Shown: positions 1 to 13,520 of the stretch, in pieces
How positions within the stretch are numbered: the first letter of the stretch is position 1
Layout: every line of letters starts with the position of its first letter
Source: Octopus vulgaris
Taxonomy: Eukaryota
DNA: 64,000 nt
NCBI GenBank assembly: GCA_951406725.2
Contig: OX597821.1
Span: 80,724,001 to 80,788,000, forward strand
Direction: 5' to 3'
The notes under the pieces: model-generated
Seen by the model: the letters and a program-made list of their open reading frames with translations, nothing else
Database searches by the model: none
Told to the model about the DNA's origin: nothing
Translations under genes and position numbers: made by a program

Positions 1-747
1 TGCTACTCATACTGGTGTCTATTTTGATTTCCACTAAGGATATACATACATACAAAATGATAGCAACGACCACAGACACGTGAATGTCGAGCACCGTTTA
101 GAAATGTGTTGGAATGTTTCTTTCTACAAAATCGACATCGATTCTTAAGTGGCTTCTTTTAATTGTCATCATTAAGAGAAACATCTTTTCTTCAATAATG
201 CGGCGTTATTCAGACGGAATCATAAAAATACTTTCCATCGAAGAGGATTTTTAAATTTACGAACATTATTATCATTGATAAAGCCGGTACTGATCCTGAA
301 AGTACTACTATCCCTAATGGCGCAGCCAAATCATTTCCTTTCAATTAATCTTTATATTTCAATCAAAATTTTCAAAACGGTAGGATTTACTGACAATCTG
401 TAAGCGGAACAACAAAAATGTGCAAGACTTTTCCAAAACTTTCAACATATAACTCTTCAAATGTTGCTGTTGTTTAATTCTAACGATAGAGTTATATTTA
501 TTTTGTTTTGCTTTTGCTTTTCTTGGGGGAGGGGTACTTTTTGTTGTTTTTTGTGGGGAGTACTAGAAATCAGTTCCTTCTTCATGTCAAATAATTGAAA
601 CATAAGATCGCTTAAGTTCAAACATTTTAGCAGACAGATCTTACTTGCACCGGTTAATTCTGTGAGAACGAACAGCAACCTGTTGTCAAAGGTCTCACAG
701 GGTCTCTCGGGATCTCTTTCCACGAATTATAAGATTTGGTATTATTA

Positions 748-787
<40 letters not shown>

Positions 788-794
788 CATTATT

Positions 795-1185
795 TGATGA
801 AAACTCTCAGCTTATTTTGCTGGGTATGATGGAAAGTGACAGCTGCCCACATCCAGCAGACCAAGATGACACTTGTTTACTGGTCATGCTTCAAGAACCT
901 TGTGAAGAATTCTTGCAGTTCTCAAATAATGCTGATATTTGTAGGTTTTCTACCTATACATTTGTGCCAATCTTTTTGAGCCATGTTGGTAGTTGAGTGC
1001 TGATACTTCCAAGCGTACCAATTACTATTGGTATCACATCTACTGTCCTCGTTGACCACAACTTTCGTATTTTCCATTTCAACTCGTCGTAATTGTTCAG
1101 CTTTTCTTCTTTCTCTTTGGTCCTGTTGTAACCGGGACATGCTATGTCGATTCGCCTTGAGGTTTGGTGAAAACAAGTCTCCTCA
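795..1185 (-). mobile_element. 3' fragment of an RLE-type non-LTR retrotransposon (R4/Dong-like), decayed
   Basis: Translation EEKLNNYDELKWKIRKLWSTRTVDVIPIVIGTLG matches the restriction-like endonuclease C-terminus; (TAA)n tail at 741-790. Confidence 0.75.
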
Positions 1186-1593
1186 AATCTCAAGAGCCTC
1201 TCTTAGGATTCTTGCAGAATATAGGTCGATAATATGGATCTCATTTCCAATATTCTTCAATACTGGTGTAGTTAGTAGAACTGGCTCCAACTACACCAAT
1301 TACCACAGGACTAATTGCTATCTTAGTTTTCCACAATCTCTTCTTCTCTCTTTGGTTAGGTCCTGCTATTTTTCAGATTTCACAATTTTTTTTATTATCC
1401 GCTCTATTACCATATTATGTTGCTCTACATAGGCCTATGGTCGAATACTATTGCTATTGTTTAATCCAGTGACGGGGCATTGTGTATTTTTTTTTAACTA
1501 GAGGCCAACTCCTTTCTCCATAGAAAGAATTCAAATAATTAAAAACATAAGACAACGTATGTGCATACATTTTTGACATCTAGAAAATTGTTA

Positions 1594-1640
<47 letters not shown>

Positions 1641-1861
1641 GAAAAAAATCCAGCCAAAGTGTAGGGAAAATGTAACTTTCATGTGTAACATCTGGTAAAG
1701 ACCATAAAAATAATATGTGTGCTTCATAAGGGGAGATGTTTAGAGGAGCACTAATTATATACGCCTTTCTGAACATTGGAAGTATTAAACAGACAAACAA
1801 CGATTAAAACTGCACAACTCTCAGTTGAGCGGAACGATTATTTCAGTGCAGTCGGTGGCAG

Positions 1862-2490
<629 letters not shown>

Positions 2491-2904
2491 CTGGTCAATG
2501 CAATACGTTTTATTTACTTTGGGAATAAATTGAAATGTGAGGTATATCTTTTTAATAAAAATACAATTTTACTAAAACTAGTTTGTTTAATTTTTTTACC
2601 TCTTCATGAGCAACAACCAACGTAAGCTCGGGTCTGATACGTGTCCAGCCTTAGACTTTCAGCAGAAACATATTTTGTATTTTTTGTAGTGAAAAACTCT
2701 TAAGGCTTCGGAAAATGAATGTTTGTCTGATGAAGTTCTAAGAAGACTAGAAACTAATGATATCGGCCCCACTTTTTCTGCTCACAGAAAAGTCATATCT
2801 AACCTTCAACTACTTGTAAAAACATTATGTTAATTTTTACAAGACCAAACGTATGCTTATTTAGAAAATAAAGGTCTGCCTAATATTTCCGATTAAACCC
2901 TTTC

Positions 2905-2932
<28 letters not shown>

Positions 2933-2936
<4 letters not shown>

Positions 2937-3468
2937 GAAATAACAACAGAAAAAAGATGGTATAGGCACACACCAGAAAAGGTCACAGAAAACGAGAAAG
3001 CAACCATACTGTGGGATATGCCGATACACACAGATAGAGAAATTAAGGCCAACAGACCAGATATAGTTGTCAGAGACCATGAAGAAAAAAAATGCTTTCT
3101 AATTGATGTATCAATACCGGCTGATGACAACGTGTCTCTAAAAGAAATGGAGAAACTCTCAAAATACAAAGACCTGGAAATAGAGGTAACTAGAATGTGG
3201 AATCTGAAAACAGAAACAATTCCTATCATAGTAGGTGCATTAGGCATGATAAAAAAATATTCAGACAAATACATAACAAAAACACCAGGACTTACAAACA
3301 CATATAACATACAGAAAATTGCACTACTAGGCACTGCACACATCCTACGCAGAACACTTTCCATACAATAACCATCAGAGCATCACAACAAATCACAGCA
3401 CATACCTAAGGCACACAGAGCTGCGCTCGGTAGTGAAGTGAAAGCACGCTATAAAAATAAAACTACTG
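2933..3468 (+). mobile_element. 5'-truncated RLE-type non-LTR retrotransposon (R4/Dong-like) inserted in (AAT)n
   Basis: ORF 3018-3371 has RPDIVV..E..K...IDV..P..EK..KY, the PD-(D/E)xK endonuclease signature; (AAT)n on both sides. Confidence 0.88.
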
Positions 3469-4087
3469 AATAATAATAATAAAATGCCCTGAGGCAGTGG
3501 CTCTCGGGGCTTTTGATCTTAAATGATTGATCTTAAATGATTGGAAGTGTTATCATGTACATTGTTTTGTCTTGGTATAAAAGATGGGCTACAGCAAATA
3601 TTCTGCTCAATACCACAGATTTGCTTGTCAGCTGTTTGACCTTAACCAGTTGAGCATGTCCCTTAGTGGCTGACGATATGTGCATCTCTGATCACGAGCA
3701 GAAGTAGTCGGGGAGCTTCATAGCCATGTGTTGAGAGGGATTCTTGGAGGTTTGGATAATTCACCTCTGGAAACATGGGTGTTTTGTTCAACATCCTTAA
3801 ACAAGCCTTATTCAGGGACCTTTTGAACAGGATGGGTTACTCGACAAGAAGAAAATTCTAATTGGGCCCCACCTGCAAGATCATGTGCTGTTTATCTTGA
3901 TATGAGATCACCATGTCGTGCACATATGGTTGTGATGCATGTGCCTAGTATACCCTTATCAGACGGGTAGTCATGATGGGTATACTGGGCTTCGTATATT
4001 TTACCCCAGTGTCACTTTGATGGCATGCACTGCTCTCTCACTCAATAATAAGAAGAATAATAATAAGAATAATAATAATAATAATAA

Positions 4088-4685
4088 TCCTTTCTACTAT
4101 CGGCAAAAGGCCTGAAATTTGAAGGGAGGGAGCAAGTTCATATAGCACCGACCCCAGTACTAGACTAGTATTTAATTTATCGACCCCGAAATGATGAAAG
4201 GGAAAGTCCCCAAAGTCCATCCCCTCCTCACCGTGGTAGGGACGCTGGCAACGGGTAGTGTCAGAGCTATGCCATCGGGAAATTCGGTTCCTGGTAGGGC
4301 CACCCAAGGCGGATTGGTCTGATACCGAGTGGTATTAGGGCCACAACCCGGCAGACGGGGCTCTGGTGAAAATCCTCAGAGTGTCTGCTTTGGCAACCGG
4401 CAGCTCCTCGGTCGTTCTGTCCCTGCGTCTGCTGACAATCTGCGGCAAACATGATGTCCCCACATGCGGGATTGTTGAGGAACGCTTGTGAAATCCACAT
4501 GTTCCCACGAAACTTCTTCCACGAGTAGAAGAAGCCGACTCAACCCGCCCAGGGTGAATGTCGCCACAAGTAAGTAAGTAAAGGGAAAGTCGACCTCGGC
4601 GGAATTTGAACTCAGGACGTAAGGACGGACGAAATGCCGCTAAGCATTTTGCCCGGCGTGCTAACGATTCTGCCAGCTCACCGCC

Positions 4686-4686
<1 letters not shown>
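4088..4686 (-). mobile_element. tRNA-derived SINE, family A (Nin-like core), interrupted by an insertion at 4209-4579
   Basis: Minus-strand head GGCGGTGAGCTGGCAGAATCGTTAGC, B box GAGTTCAAATTCC, core CTTTCATC.TTTCGGGGTCGATAAA. Other copies at about 10915-11120, 18495-18690, 19895-20080, 20088-20275, 40613-40830, 44490-44700 and 53249-53470. Confidence 0.85.
4209..4579 (+). mobile_element. Short non-autonomous RTE-like retroelement with 12-bp TSD and (AAGT)n tail
   Basis: AAAGGGAAAGTC is duplicated at 4197-4208 and 4580-4591. The 5' part (GAGCTATGCC...CCTGGTAGGGCCACCCAAGGC) resembles RTE-clade 5' UTRs; it ends CAAGTAAGTAAGT. Confidence 0.75.
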
Positions 4687-4728
<42 letters not shown>

Positions 4729-4741
4729 TAATAATAATAAC

Positions 4742-4773
<32 letters not shown>

Positions 4774-4872
4774 TAACAATAATAATAATAATAATAATTT
4801 CGTTTGGGGATTTGGTTTGCAAGATTCTTTATGTGAGTTCGCGTGTTGAAGCATATTCTGTTGTGTCTGGAT

Positions 4873-5167
4873 AGAATCATTCTCTTTTGGTGCCTTATAC
4901 TTTAAAACACTCACCGGTAAAATTTCCACTTATTACATACATACATGTATAGGCACACACACACACACGCACACACACACACACACTGATCCACACACAC
5001 CCACACATGCGCACAAACAAAATGGAACGCAGCGTGAGTAACCGACAGAGTCAAATCTATTGAAAAGGTTGCAAGACGCAACGAAAATTTTAGAGAAATA
5101 AAAGAAATAAGTGGAAATTTTACCGGTGAGTGTTTTAAATTATAAGGCACCAAAAGAGAATGACTCT
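4873..5167. repeat. Inverted repeat with 62-bp arms (4873-4934 / 5106-5167) around a CA-rich spacer
   Basis: AGAATCATTCTCTTTTGGTGCCTTATA...CCACTTATT versus AATAAGTGG...CACCAAAAGAGAATGACTCT, with few mismatches. Confidence 0.9.
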
Positions 5168-5612
5168 TTATAATAATAATAATAATAATATCAACACAAC
5201 GGTTCTGATGTTGAGGTCTTCCATCTCATATCATAAGAGTGTTTAATGCCTGTGCAGTGCGGTGAGAATTAATCAATCTACATTATCAGGCTACGCACTT
5301 TTATGAAACTTGGACTAGCTTGCCTCTACTCCGGTTTGTAAATGCTATAAATAACTATAAAACTACACGTTGTCAGCGCACGCACTGTACTGCAACTTGG
5401 ACAAATTTAACTCGATCTTCGTTTGTAAGCACTAAAAATAACTATAAGTTTCACTCTGTGACAGTGAATGCACTATTATACTACTGATTGTCCAGTTTGG
5501 CTCTGTCAGTGTTGCACAGACTATAAATAACAATAGACTACTCTGTGACAGTGTATGCACTGTTATACAACAGAGGCAGATCAGTGTGTATGTGTATGTG
5601 TATGTATATATG

Positions 5613-5739
<127 letters not shown>

Positions 5740-5965
5740 GTAGATAGATAATTATATATATATATTCTTTTATTCGTTTCAGTCATTTTAACTGCGGCCA
5801 TGCTGAAGCCACGCCTTTAGTCGAGCAAATCGACCCCAGGACTTATTCTTTGTAAGCCTAGTACTTATTATATCGGTCTCTTCTGCCGAATCACTAAGTT
5901 ACGGGTACGTAAACACACCAGCGATGTTGGGGGACACACACACACATACATGCATATATATATAT

Positions 5966-6013
<48 letters not shown>

Positions 6014-6191
6014 GACGGGATTCTTTCAGTTTCCGTCTACCAAAATCCACTCACAAGGCTTTGGTCGGCCCGAGGCTATAGTAGTAGACACTTCCCCAAG
6101 GTGCCACGCAGTGGAACTGAACCTTGAACACACTTTCTGCGCTCTATCAGTATTTGCAAAGGGAAGTCATCCTTCCCATCTCCAACCTGAC

Positions 6192-6250
6192 GTGATACAC
6201 ACGGACCCTGGTTTCTAGGTATTGACCCGTCATCAGCGCGGGACAATCAC
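6192..6250 (-). ncRNA. Type I hammerhead ribozyme motif
   Basis: Minus strand: GTGAT-TGTCC-CGCG CTGATGA CGGGT-CAAT-ACCTA GAAAC-CAGG-GTC CGTG-TGT-ATCAC. Core CUGAUGA/GAAA/GUC is present, stem I is bipartite, and stem II has a C-A mismatch at its base. Confidence 0.65.
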
Positions 6251-6954
6251 CGGTTGTCGATGTGAAGTGGTTCCCAATGTAAATCCTTTTTCCAGTTACG
6301 AAAAGTCACTGATCTTGATAAAAGGGTGAACAAGCAACAACAAATCTCTGAGCGAGGTATAGACAGTAGGTGCACGACATCATGAAGTACATTTGCCACT
6401 TCGTAGGATCGCGGTTTCGGTTCCTAAACCGGACGTTGTAAGCGTTTATTGAGCGAAAACACCTAAGACTCCACGAGGCTCCAGCAGGGGGCTGGTAGCG
6501 AACCCTGCTGTACTGTTCACCACAACTTTCTCTCACTCTTTCTTCCTGTTTTTGTTGTACCTGTATTTCAAAGGGCCCGCTTTGTCACACTCTGAATCTC
6601 TCTGGGAACTACGTTAAGGGTACACGTGTCTGTGGAGTACTCAGCCACTTACACGTTAATTTCGCGAACAGGCTGTTCCGTTGATCGAATCAACTGGAAC
6701 CAAATATAATCTTTAATGCCTAAGACAATACTATAATGGCATATATGGGCAATTTAAGTTGGATTGTCTCTTGACCATAGGCTGAAACAGCTGTAAGGAG
6801 CAGTTTATTTGTATTATTTTAATTTATTATTAATTTGCATATTGATGTATATTGTTTTGTTCGATTTTCATGTTCCCATTTGTATAATTAATAAATAATA
6901 TGAAATTGTAATATCCGTAAGTTGATGATCGAAATGAATTTGTTCCTCCATTTT

Positions 6955-7015
<61 letters not shown>

Positions 7016-7018
<3 letters not shown>

Positions 7019-7579
7019 GTTGTCCGGAAAGTTCGTGCCGATTTATAGTAGCTTACCTTTCGACTTATTTTAGAACATCCTTGAATCCATAAAATAGGAT
7101 TTGACTACACCTCCATTTAGAGCACAGTTTAAGCTATCTTTTCGTGGAAGAAGGTTTATGTTCCTATAACCTGTGTTAATTCTGTAACCCTTTAAAATGG
7201 AAGATAAGAAAGTTCATTTTCGGCGCTTGATGCTTTGGGAACCAGACAAAAATTGCTGCAGCTCGGCTGGGATGTGTTACCCCACCCTCCATATTCACCA
7301 GATATTGTTCCTTTGGATTTTCACTTACTCAGGTCTCTGCAGAATAGTCTTAATGGTAAGAATTTCAGTTCATTGGATGACGTAAAAAGATACCTTGATG
7401 AGCTCTTTGCTATGAAACCACCCCAATTCTGGGAAGAGGGTATTTTCAAGTTAAAGGAAAGATGGAGACGCATTGAGCAACAAAATGGTTCATATTTGGT
7501 TGATTAAAAATGTAATGGCAAGTATTTATTGACCTTTTTCTTTCCTTTAAAAATCGGTACGAACTTTCCGGACAACCCA
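7016..7579 (+). mobile_element. Internally deleted mariner transposon
   Basis: About 29-bp TIRs (TGGGTTGTCCGGAAAGTTCGTGCCGATTT / AAATCGGTACGAACTTTCCGGACAACCCA) in TA context. Transposase N-terminus MEDKKVHFR is fused to a C-terminus containing HPPYSPDIVPLDFHL (YSPDLAPSD motif). Confidence 0.92.
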
Positions 7580-7859
7580 TATATATATATATATATATAT
7601 ACACCAATCTATGTATATACAAATGCGTGAGTGTGTGTCCATATGCGTTCAGGCGGTGAGTGTGTGAGTGCATGTGTATACAAAGTAAAGGATCTAAAAA
7701 TTGTACAAAGGACGACAGCAAAAAATACTTTGTGATGAGTTTATGCCATCGAAGAGAAAACAGATGAAGACGCAAGGGCACATTGCCATACATATGCGTG
7801 AGTCCGTGTGCGTGTGAAGTACAAGAAATTGGAAAGCAAAACCAGAAGAAAATTGTCAA

Positions 7860-8397
7860 CTATACATAACAAACGAAAAAAGGTGAAAATGCTTAGTGGT
7901 GGGAGAGGAGGGTTGAAGAAGGGGAGGGTGGGGCAGGCGTAGTGGAGCAGGCATGGTGGTGGTGGTGATGGTGGTGGTATTGGTAGATGGCAGTGACAGT
8001 GCTGGAAATATTGAAGGCGGTGACAGTGTTGATATGGCGGTGGGGATAGGATTGGGACAGAGATTTCGGAAGGTTGGTTCGTATGCTGTTGGGGAGGAAG
8101 AAAATTAGGAGAAGTAGGAGGAGGCAAATGTGAAGCGGTGAAGAAGATGATGATGATGGTGGTGGTGGTGGTGGTGGTGGTGGTGGTGGTGGTGGTGGTG
8201 ATGACGACGACGATGATATTGACGACAATAATGATGATGATATGGAGGAGGACGATGGTGATGATGATGATTATGAGGACGGTGATGTAGTTCAGAAAAA
8301 TTAGAACTTTTAGGATTAAGAATAGTACAAATATCATCATCATCATCATCATCCTTAATATGTCTGCCATCATCTTTAGCAGTACAAGTAGTTGTAT

Positions 8398-8460
<63 letters not shown>

Positions 8461-8680
8461 CAGCAGCAGCAGCCACTGCCTCCTCCCTCCCTCTGCCAGA
8501 TCCGTTATATCATGGCGCTATTGTGTCTATATAGTCAGATAACCACGGATGCAATTATCTCCTTTTATTTAGTTCCGGTTTACTTCACTCCCGACCACAC
8601 ACATCCCACCCATCCATCCGCCTGCCATCGCCATCACCAACACCACCAGCACCACTAGCACCACCAGCACCACCAGCAGT
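7860..8680. repeat. Low-complexity trinucleotide field: (GGT)n, (GAT)n, (CAT)n, (AGT)n, (CAC)n
   Basis: Directly visible; it produces the poly-H/P/T/S pseudo-ORFs. Confidence 0.9.
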
Positions 8681-8772
8681 GCCACAAACCCTACACAGAG
8701 GGCGCTGTCAAACAGTATCCTACACTGTACACTACAGACAGACAGATTATATGTATGTATATGCATGTATAC

Positions 8773-8816
<44 letters not shown>

Positions 8817-8857
8817 ATATATATGTATATATATGTATATATATATGTATGTATATA

Positions 8858-8902
<45 letters not shown>

Positions 8903-8915
8903 GTATATATATATG

Positions 8916-8958
<43 letters not shown>

Positions 8959-8991
8959 ATATGTATGTATGTATGAATACATACATACATA

Positions 8992-9050
<59 letters not shown>

Positions 9051-11500
9051 TGTATGCATGTAGGCATATATGAATATGCGTGTGTGTGTATGTGTGTATG
9101 TATGTGTGAAAGGGAAGAGAAGGAGAGATAGATATGTTTGAGTAGATTGGGGCAACTTTCTCATGGTTAACCCCAACTGACATTATAAATAATCGGGTGA
9201 CATAGAAACCTAAATATTAACGGGTTCCTTTCAAGGCACAAAGCCTGATGTTTTGAGAGAAGAGAGGAAATGGATTGTGAGATGTTCATGCATTTACCAA
9301 GAACATTCGTTCATTTTATCATCCACTTTTTTAGAAAAATTTTATGTGGTTGTAACCTAATCAAAGAAAGAAGGGCAGAGCCTATAACATATTTGGGAAG
9401 ACGTCCGAGGCTGATTGGAAAAAAAAGGGCGGAAAATCCACGAATGCTGCAGTAGGGAGCAGGTCATCAAGATTATGTTACCCTCAAACTAAAGGGTTGC
9501 ACCAAATGTTTTTAATAATGTGGGCTCCACTAAAGCCACCCAAGGGACCCCACCTGGCCCTTGGGTGGCTTCAGAGCAGTGGTTCAGAAATAATACATTC
9601 AAAGGGATTCTGCACGTTTCCGGTCACCCAGTTTTACAAGACTTAGATTGCTCTAAGACAATATTAGAAAGAGTTTCGCAATGGCCTTGAAGCCAAGCCA
9701 TTCGCGGAGTTTGGCAACAAGCCACTGTTAATCGAAGAGAACATTTTGATGGAATTTGTTGAAATAAAGATGTTAAAAAGTCACCCGTTAACATATTCAA
9801 TGAGTTCAATTTTAAGGTGACAGTAAATATAGCTAACTTTCGAGATACGAAATGAATATTTAACAAAACTTAAAACTCCAAACAAATATATGTTCTTTTA
9901 TTTTAAACGAAACCAAAGATATACGTGAAACAGACATCAATGCATTCCAAAGACGGTTTCTGAACACTATTACCAATTCCTCTAATAAAACTAACGTTCC
10001 TACTTACCGTTACCGAAATTATTACGCAATCAATTTATGTTAACAGCCCGAAAATAGATGAGAAAGTATAAACTTTAGCGTGGAGTGAATGATACATTAT
10101 TTACAAAGATCACGAAGATAATTTCCTTACCAATCTCAAATTCAAATCAGTGAATCCGAAAAAGATGCATTGCGTAGGGTTTGTAAACTCTTTCTCTTTC
10201 GCTACGAATTAATAATTTGCCAATTACTAAATAATTCAATAACACAAATAATAAGTACCCTTTTGAATACTGCGCTTCGGTATATTAAGAGTTCCATCTG
10301 TCTACAGCTAAATCCCTTTTTGAAAATCCTTTAAAGTTTGGTAGGGATTTTATTCCAGTTAATGAAGTGACATTAACCTTTTACATACTAGGAATTTTTT
10401 TTTTCACTCTTTTACAAGAATTCTTCTCGGGTTAAAGGCAATACCCAGGAATTGTTCGATGTAACTAAAGGTTTGTATGGTTGGGATTTGTGAATTGATA
10501 GGATTGTGCATATTAGACTTTGAAAAGGGTTCTTCTATAAAAAAAAAAAAAGGTCCGGGCTTTGTGGTGAAGTTAGACTATTCCATTTGCGAGTTATGAA
10601 TAGCCACACAATAGTGCTTTTAAGCAGGTATTTATTAACATATACAAAGATTTTTATTTAAAGATCACAAGTTATACGAATCTACATATAGTGAATTTTT
10701 TAAAGCCTAAATTTAAGTTCGGGTAAATACTATTCCGATAGGAAACCTAAATAGAAATTGCAGTGCATTAACAAAATTTCCAACCGTCGCCCAGTAATTC
10801 ATAGAAAATTAGTTAATAATTTTAATAAGTACGCATCCAGTTTATCTAACTCCGTTTGTCTTTATAATGACGCGTTAGAAAATAACAACTTCAAAAATAG
10901 GATGTCTATTTATAGGGCAGTGCTGAGCAGCGAGTTAGAAAAGTTGTTAGCGGCATTTTTTAGTCTCTTAACGTTCTCAGTTCTAATACCATCGAGGTGG
11001 ACTTTGCCTTTCATCATTTCAGGGTCTATAAAATAGGTACCAGTCGAGTACTGGGGTCGATGTAATCAACTAGCTACGTCCCTCTACATTTCAAGCTGTG
11101 TACTTATAGTAGAAAGAATTATTTATTGAACAGTTCCATTGAGCAGAACGGCAAAATAGGAAGTACCCACCCACCCATCCATCCACCCATCCATCCATCC
11201 ATCAAATCGTGCATGCATGGGTGGACGGACAGGTAGGTGCGTGCGTGTAACCATAATATTTACTGTGTTAATTTCTGAGTACAGTTGAAGTTGAATCATA
11301 AACCGTCTTCATACAGGTTCCTTATATGAGTGCGTCTGCGCACGCCTGTATCTATAAATGAAGAATGTATGTATGTATGTATGTATGTATGTATGTATGT
11401 ATGTATGTATGTATGTATGTATGTATGTATGTATGTATGGATGGATGGATGGATGGATGGATGGATGGATGGATGGATGGATGGATGGATGGATGGATGG

Positions 11501-11540
<40 letters not shown>

Positions 11541-11541
<1 letters not shown>

Positions 11542-11935
11542 TTTTACTCTTTTACTCTTTTACTCTTTTGCTTGTTTCAGTCATTTGACTGTGGTCATGC
11601 TGGAGCACCGCCTTTAGTCGAGCAAATCACCCCCAGGATTTATTCTTTGCCGAACCGCTAAGTTACGGGGACGTAAACGCACCAGCATCGCTTGTCAAGC
11701 GATGTGGGGGGGGGGGACAAACACAGACACACAAACATGCACACACATAAATATATATATATGCATATATACGACGGGCTTCTTTCAGTTTCCGTCTACC
11801 AAATCCACTCACAAGGCTTTGGTCGGCCCGGGGCTATAAGCTGAAGACACTTGCCCAAGCTGCCTCACAGTGGAACTGAACCCAGAACCATGTGGTTGGT
11901 AAGTAAGCTACTTACCACACAGCCACTCCTACGCC
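11541..11935 (-). mobile_element. tRNA-derived SINE, family B (CORE-like CTTGGGCAAGT), near full length
   Basis: Minus-strand head GGCGTAGGAGTGGCTGTGTGGTAAG, internal microsatellite, tail GACTGAAACAAGCAAAAGAG. Other copies at about 5765-6130, 12980-13385, 14447-14975, 23640-23920, 29033-29415, 31365-31725, 50090-50475, 52310-52650 and 53615-53960. Confidence 0.85.
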
Positions 11936-11951
11936 TATTGGGTTGTATATA

Positions 11952-12203
11952 TTGGGTTGGTTCATAATTATTGCAGCGTTTTTTCAACAAATTTTATTCA
12001 ACAAAAACAATAACAAAATTTTAAAAAAACATCTTCAAATTACGGTCTGACGGTCTGCCAAGCATATAGGAAGCAGTAATTGAAGTAGATGGTGAATATG
12101 CTCCGGAATAATCATTTAAAGATGTTTTTGTTACATATTGTTATTGTTTTTGTTGAATAAGAATTTGTTGAAAAAAAGCAGCAATAATTATGCACCAACC
12201 CAA
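11952..12203. mobile_element. Mariner-derived MITE with about 65-bp TIRs
   Basis: TA|TTGGGTTGGTTCATAATTATTGC...AACAATAACAA versus TTGTTATTGTT...GCAATAATTATGCACCAACCCAA|TA; no ORF. Confidence 0.88.
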
Positions 12204-12220
12204 TATATATATGCATCTAA

Positions 12221-12253
<33 letters not shown>

Positions 12254-13441
12254 TGTATGTATGTATGTATGTATGTATGTATGTATGTATGTATGTATGT
12301 ATGTATGTATGTATGTATGTATGTATGTATGTGCGCACACGCACACACACACATATTTTATAAAAGTAGAGAAGTAGAACTTACGCGGAAGATAAACTGA
12401 TATAAAAGACAGACAAAAAGTGGGGAGCCCTGATTATGTTACAAATGTAAAGGTTCGTTAGTTTTAAACTGAGGGCAACAGTTTGTGTTTGTGTGTCTTC
12501 ATACTAATTCACATGTCTTCAAAGAAACATGTGGATGAGTAAATGGTACGGCATTCAGAAATCTGTAATTCTTCACAGGAGTGCATGAAGAATTACAGAG
12601 CCATCTGAGGTTTTACATGGGGTATCGCATCTGTATACGATAGAACGCTAAAAGATTCAATTATAACATGTGTGTCAGACTCTCGATTACTTAATAACCT
12701 GGTTGTAGATATCCAGTAATTAATTAAATTAACTATGATATAACATACAATCTACAGCAGCGATATTCCTTTAGAATTCTACAAATTTATACAATTATTG
12801 TAGTTGCTGTCTTTGTTGGGTGGACCTGGTCAGCGCTGTCCGAACAGACCAATTGCTTAATTATGGATGATCAAATAATTGTTTGAATGGTATTTTGCCC
12901 ATACCCACAGCGATTTTCAGTTTTTCCCTTAAATTTCAATTTTATTTTTATCCTCCCCACCACCACCTCGCCACACCTCGTTTCAGTCATTGAACTGCAG
13001 TTATCCTGGAGTAACTGCTTTGAAAGGGTTTAGTAAAGAAGAAAAAAAAATGGATCCCAGTTCCCAGTATTCCATCGGTCTCTTTTGCCAGATCACTAGC
13101 TTGCCGAGACGTAAACAAACCAACAGCGATTGTTAAGCGATGATGGGGAACATGCACAAAGACACACATACATACATACATACATACATACACACACACA
13201 CATAATCACAAGCGCACACACACACACACACACACATACACATACACGCGCGCACTTTCAGTTTCCACAGTTTGTCTACCAAAATCACATGCAAGGCGTT
13301 GGTCGGCCCGGGGCTAGTAGAAGACACTTGGCCCAGGTACCTTGCTGTGGGACTGAACCCGAAACCACATGGTTGCAAAGCGAGCTAAGGCCACGAAATA
13401 CCGGATTCGTTAGAGCATGGGAAAGAATACCTAGAGATATT

Positions 13442-13520
<79 letters not shown>

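Noticed and set aside
2727-2765. CTGATGAAG...GAAAC hammerhead-like motif
   Set aside because: No convincing stem I or stem III/NUH site; could be chance or a very decayed copy.
4600-4686. tRNA genes suggested by A/B boxes (many similar sites)
   Set aside because: They are SINE heads: no complete cloverleaf, and they continue into shared SINE cores and tails.
7741-8542. Poly-His/Pro/Thr/Ser ORFs resembling transcription-factor low-complexity regions
   Set aside because: Trinucleotide repeat field open in multiple frames, with no domain or splice support.
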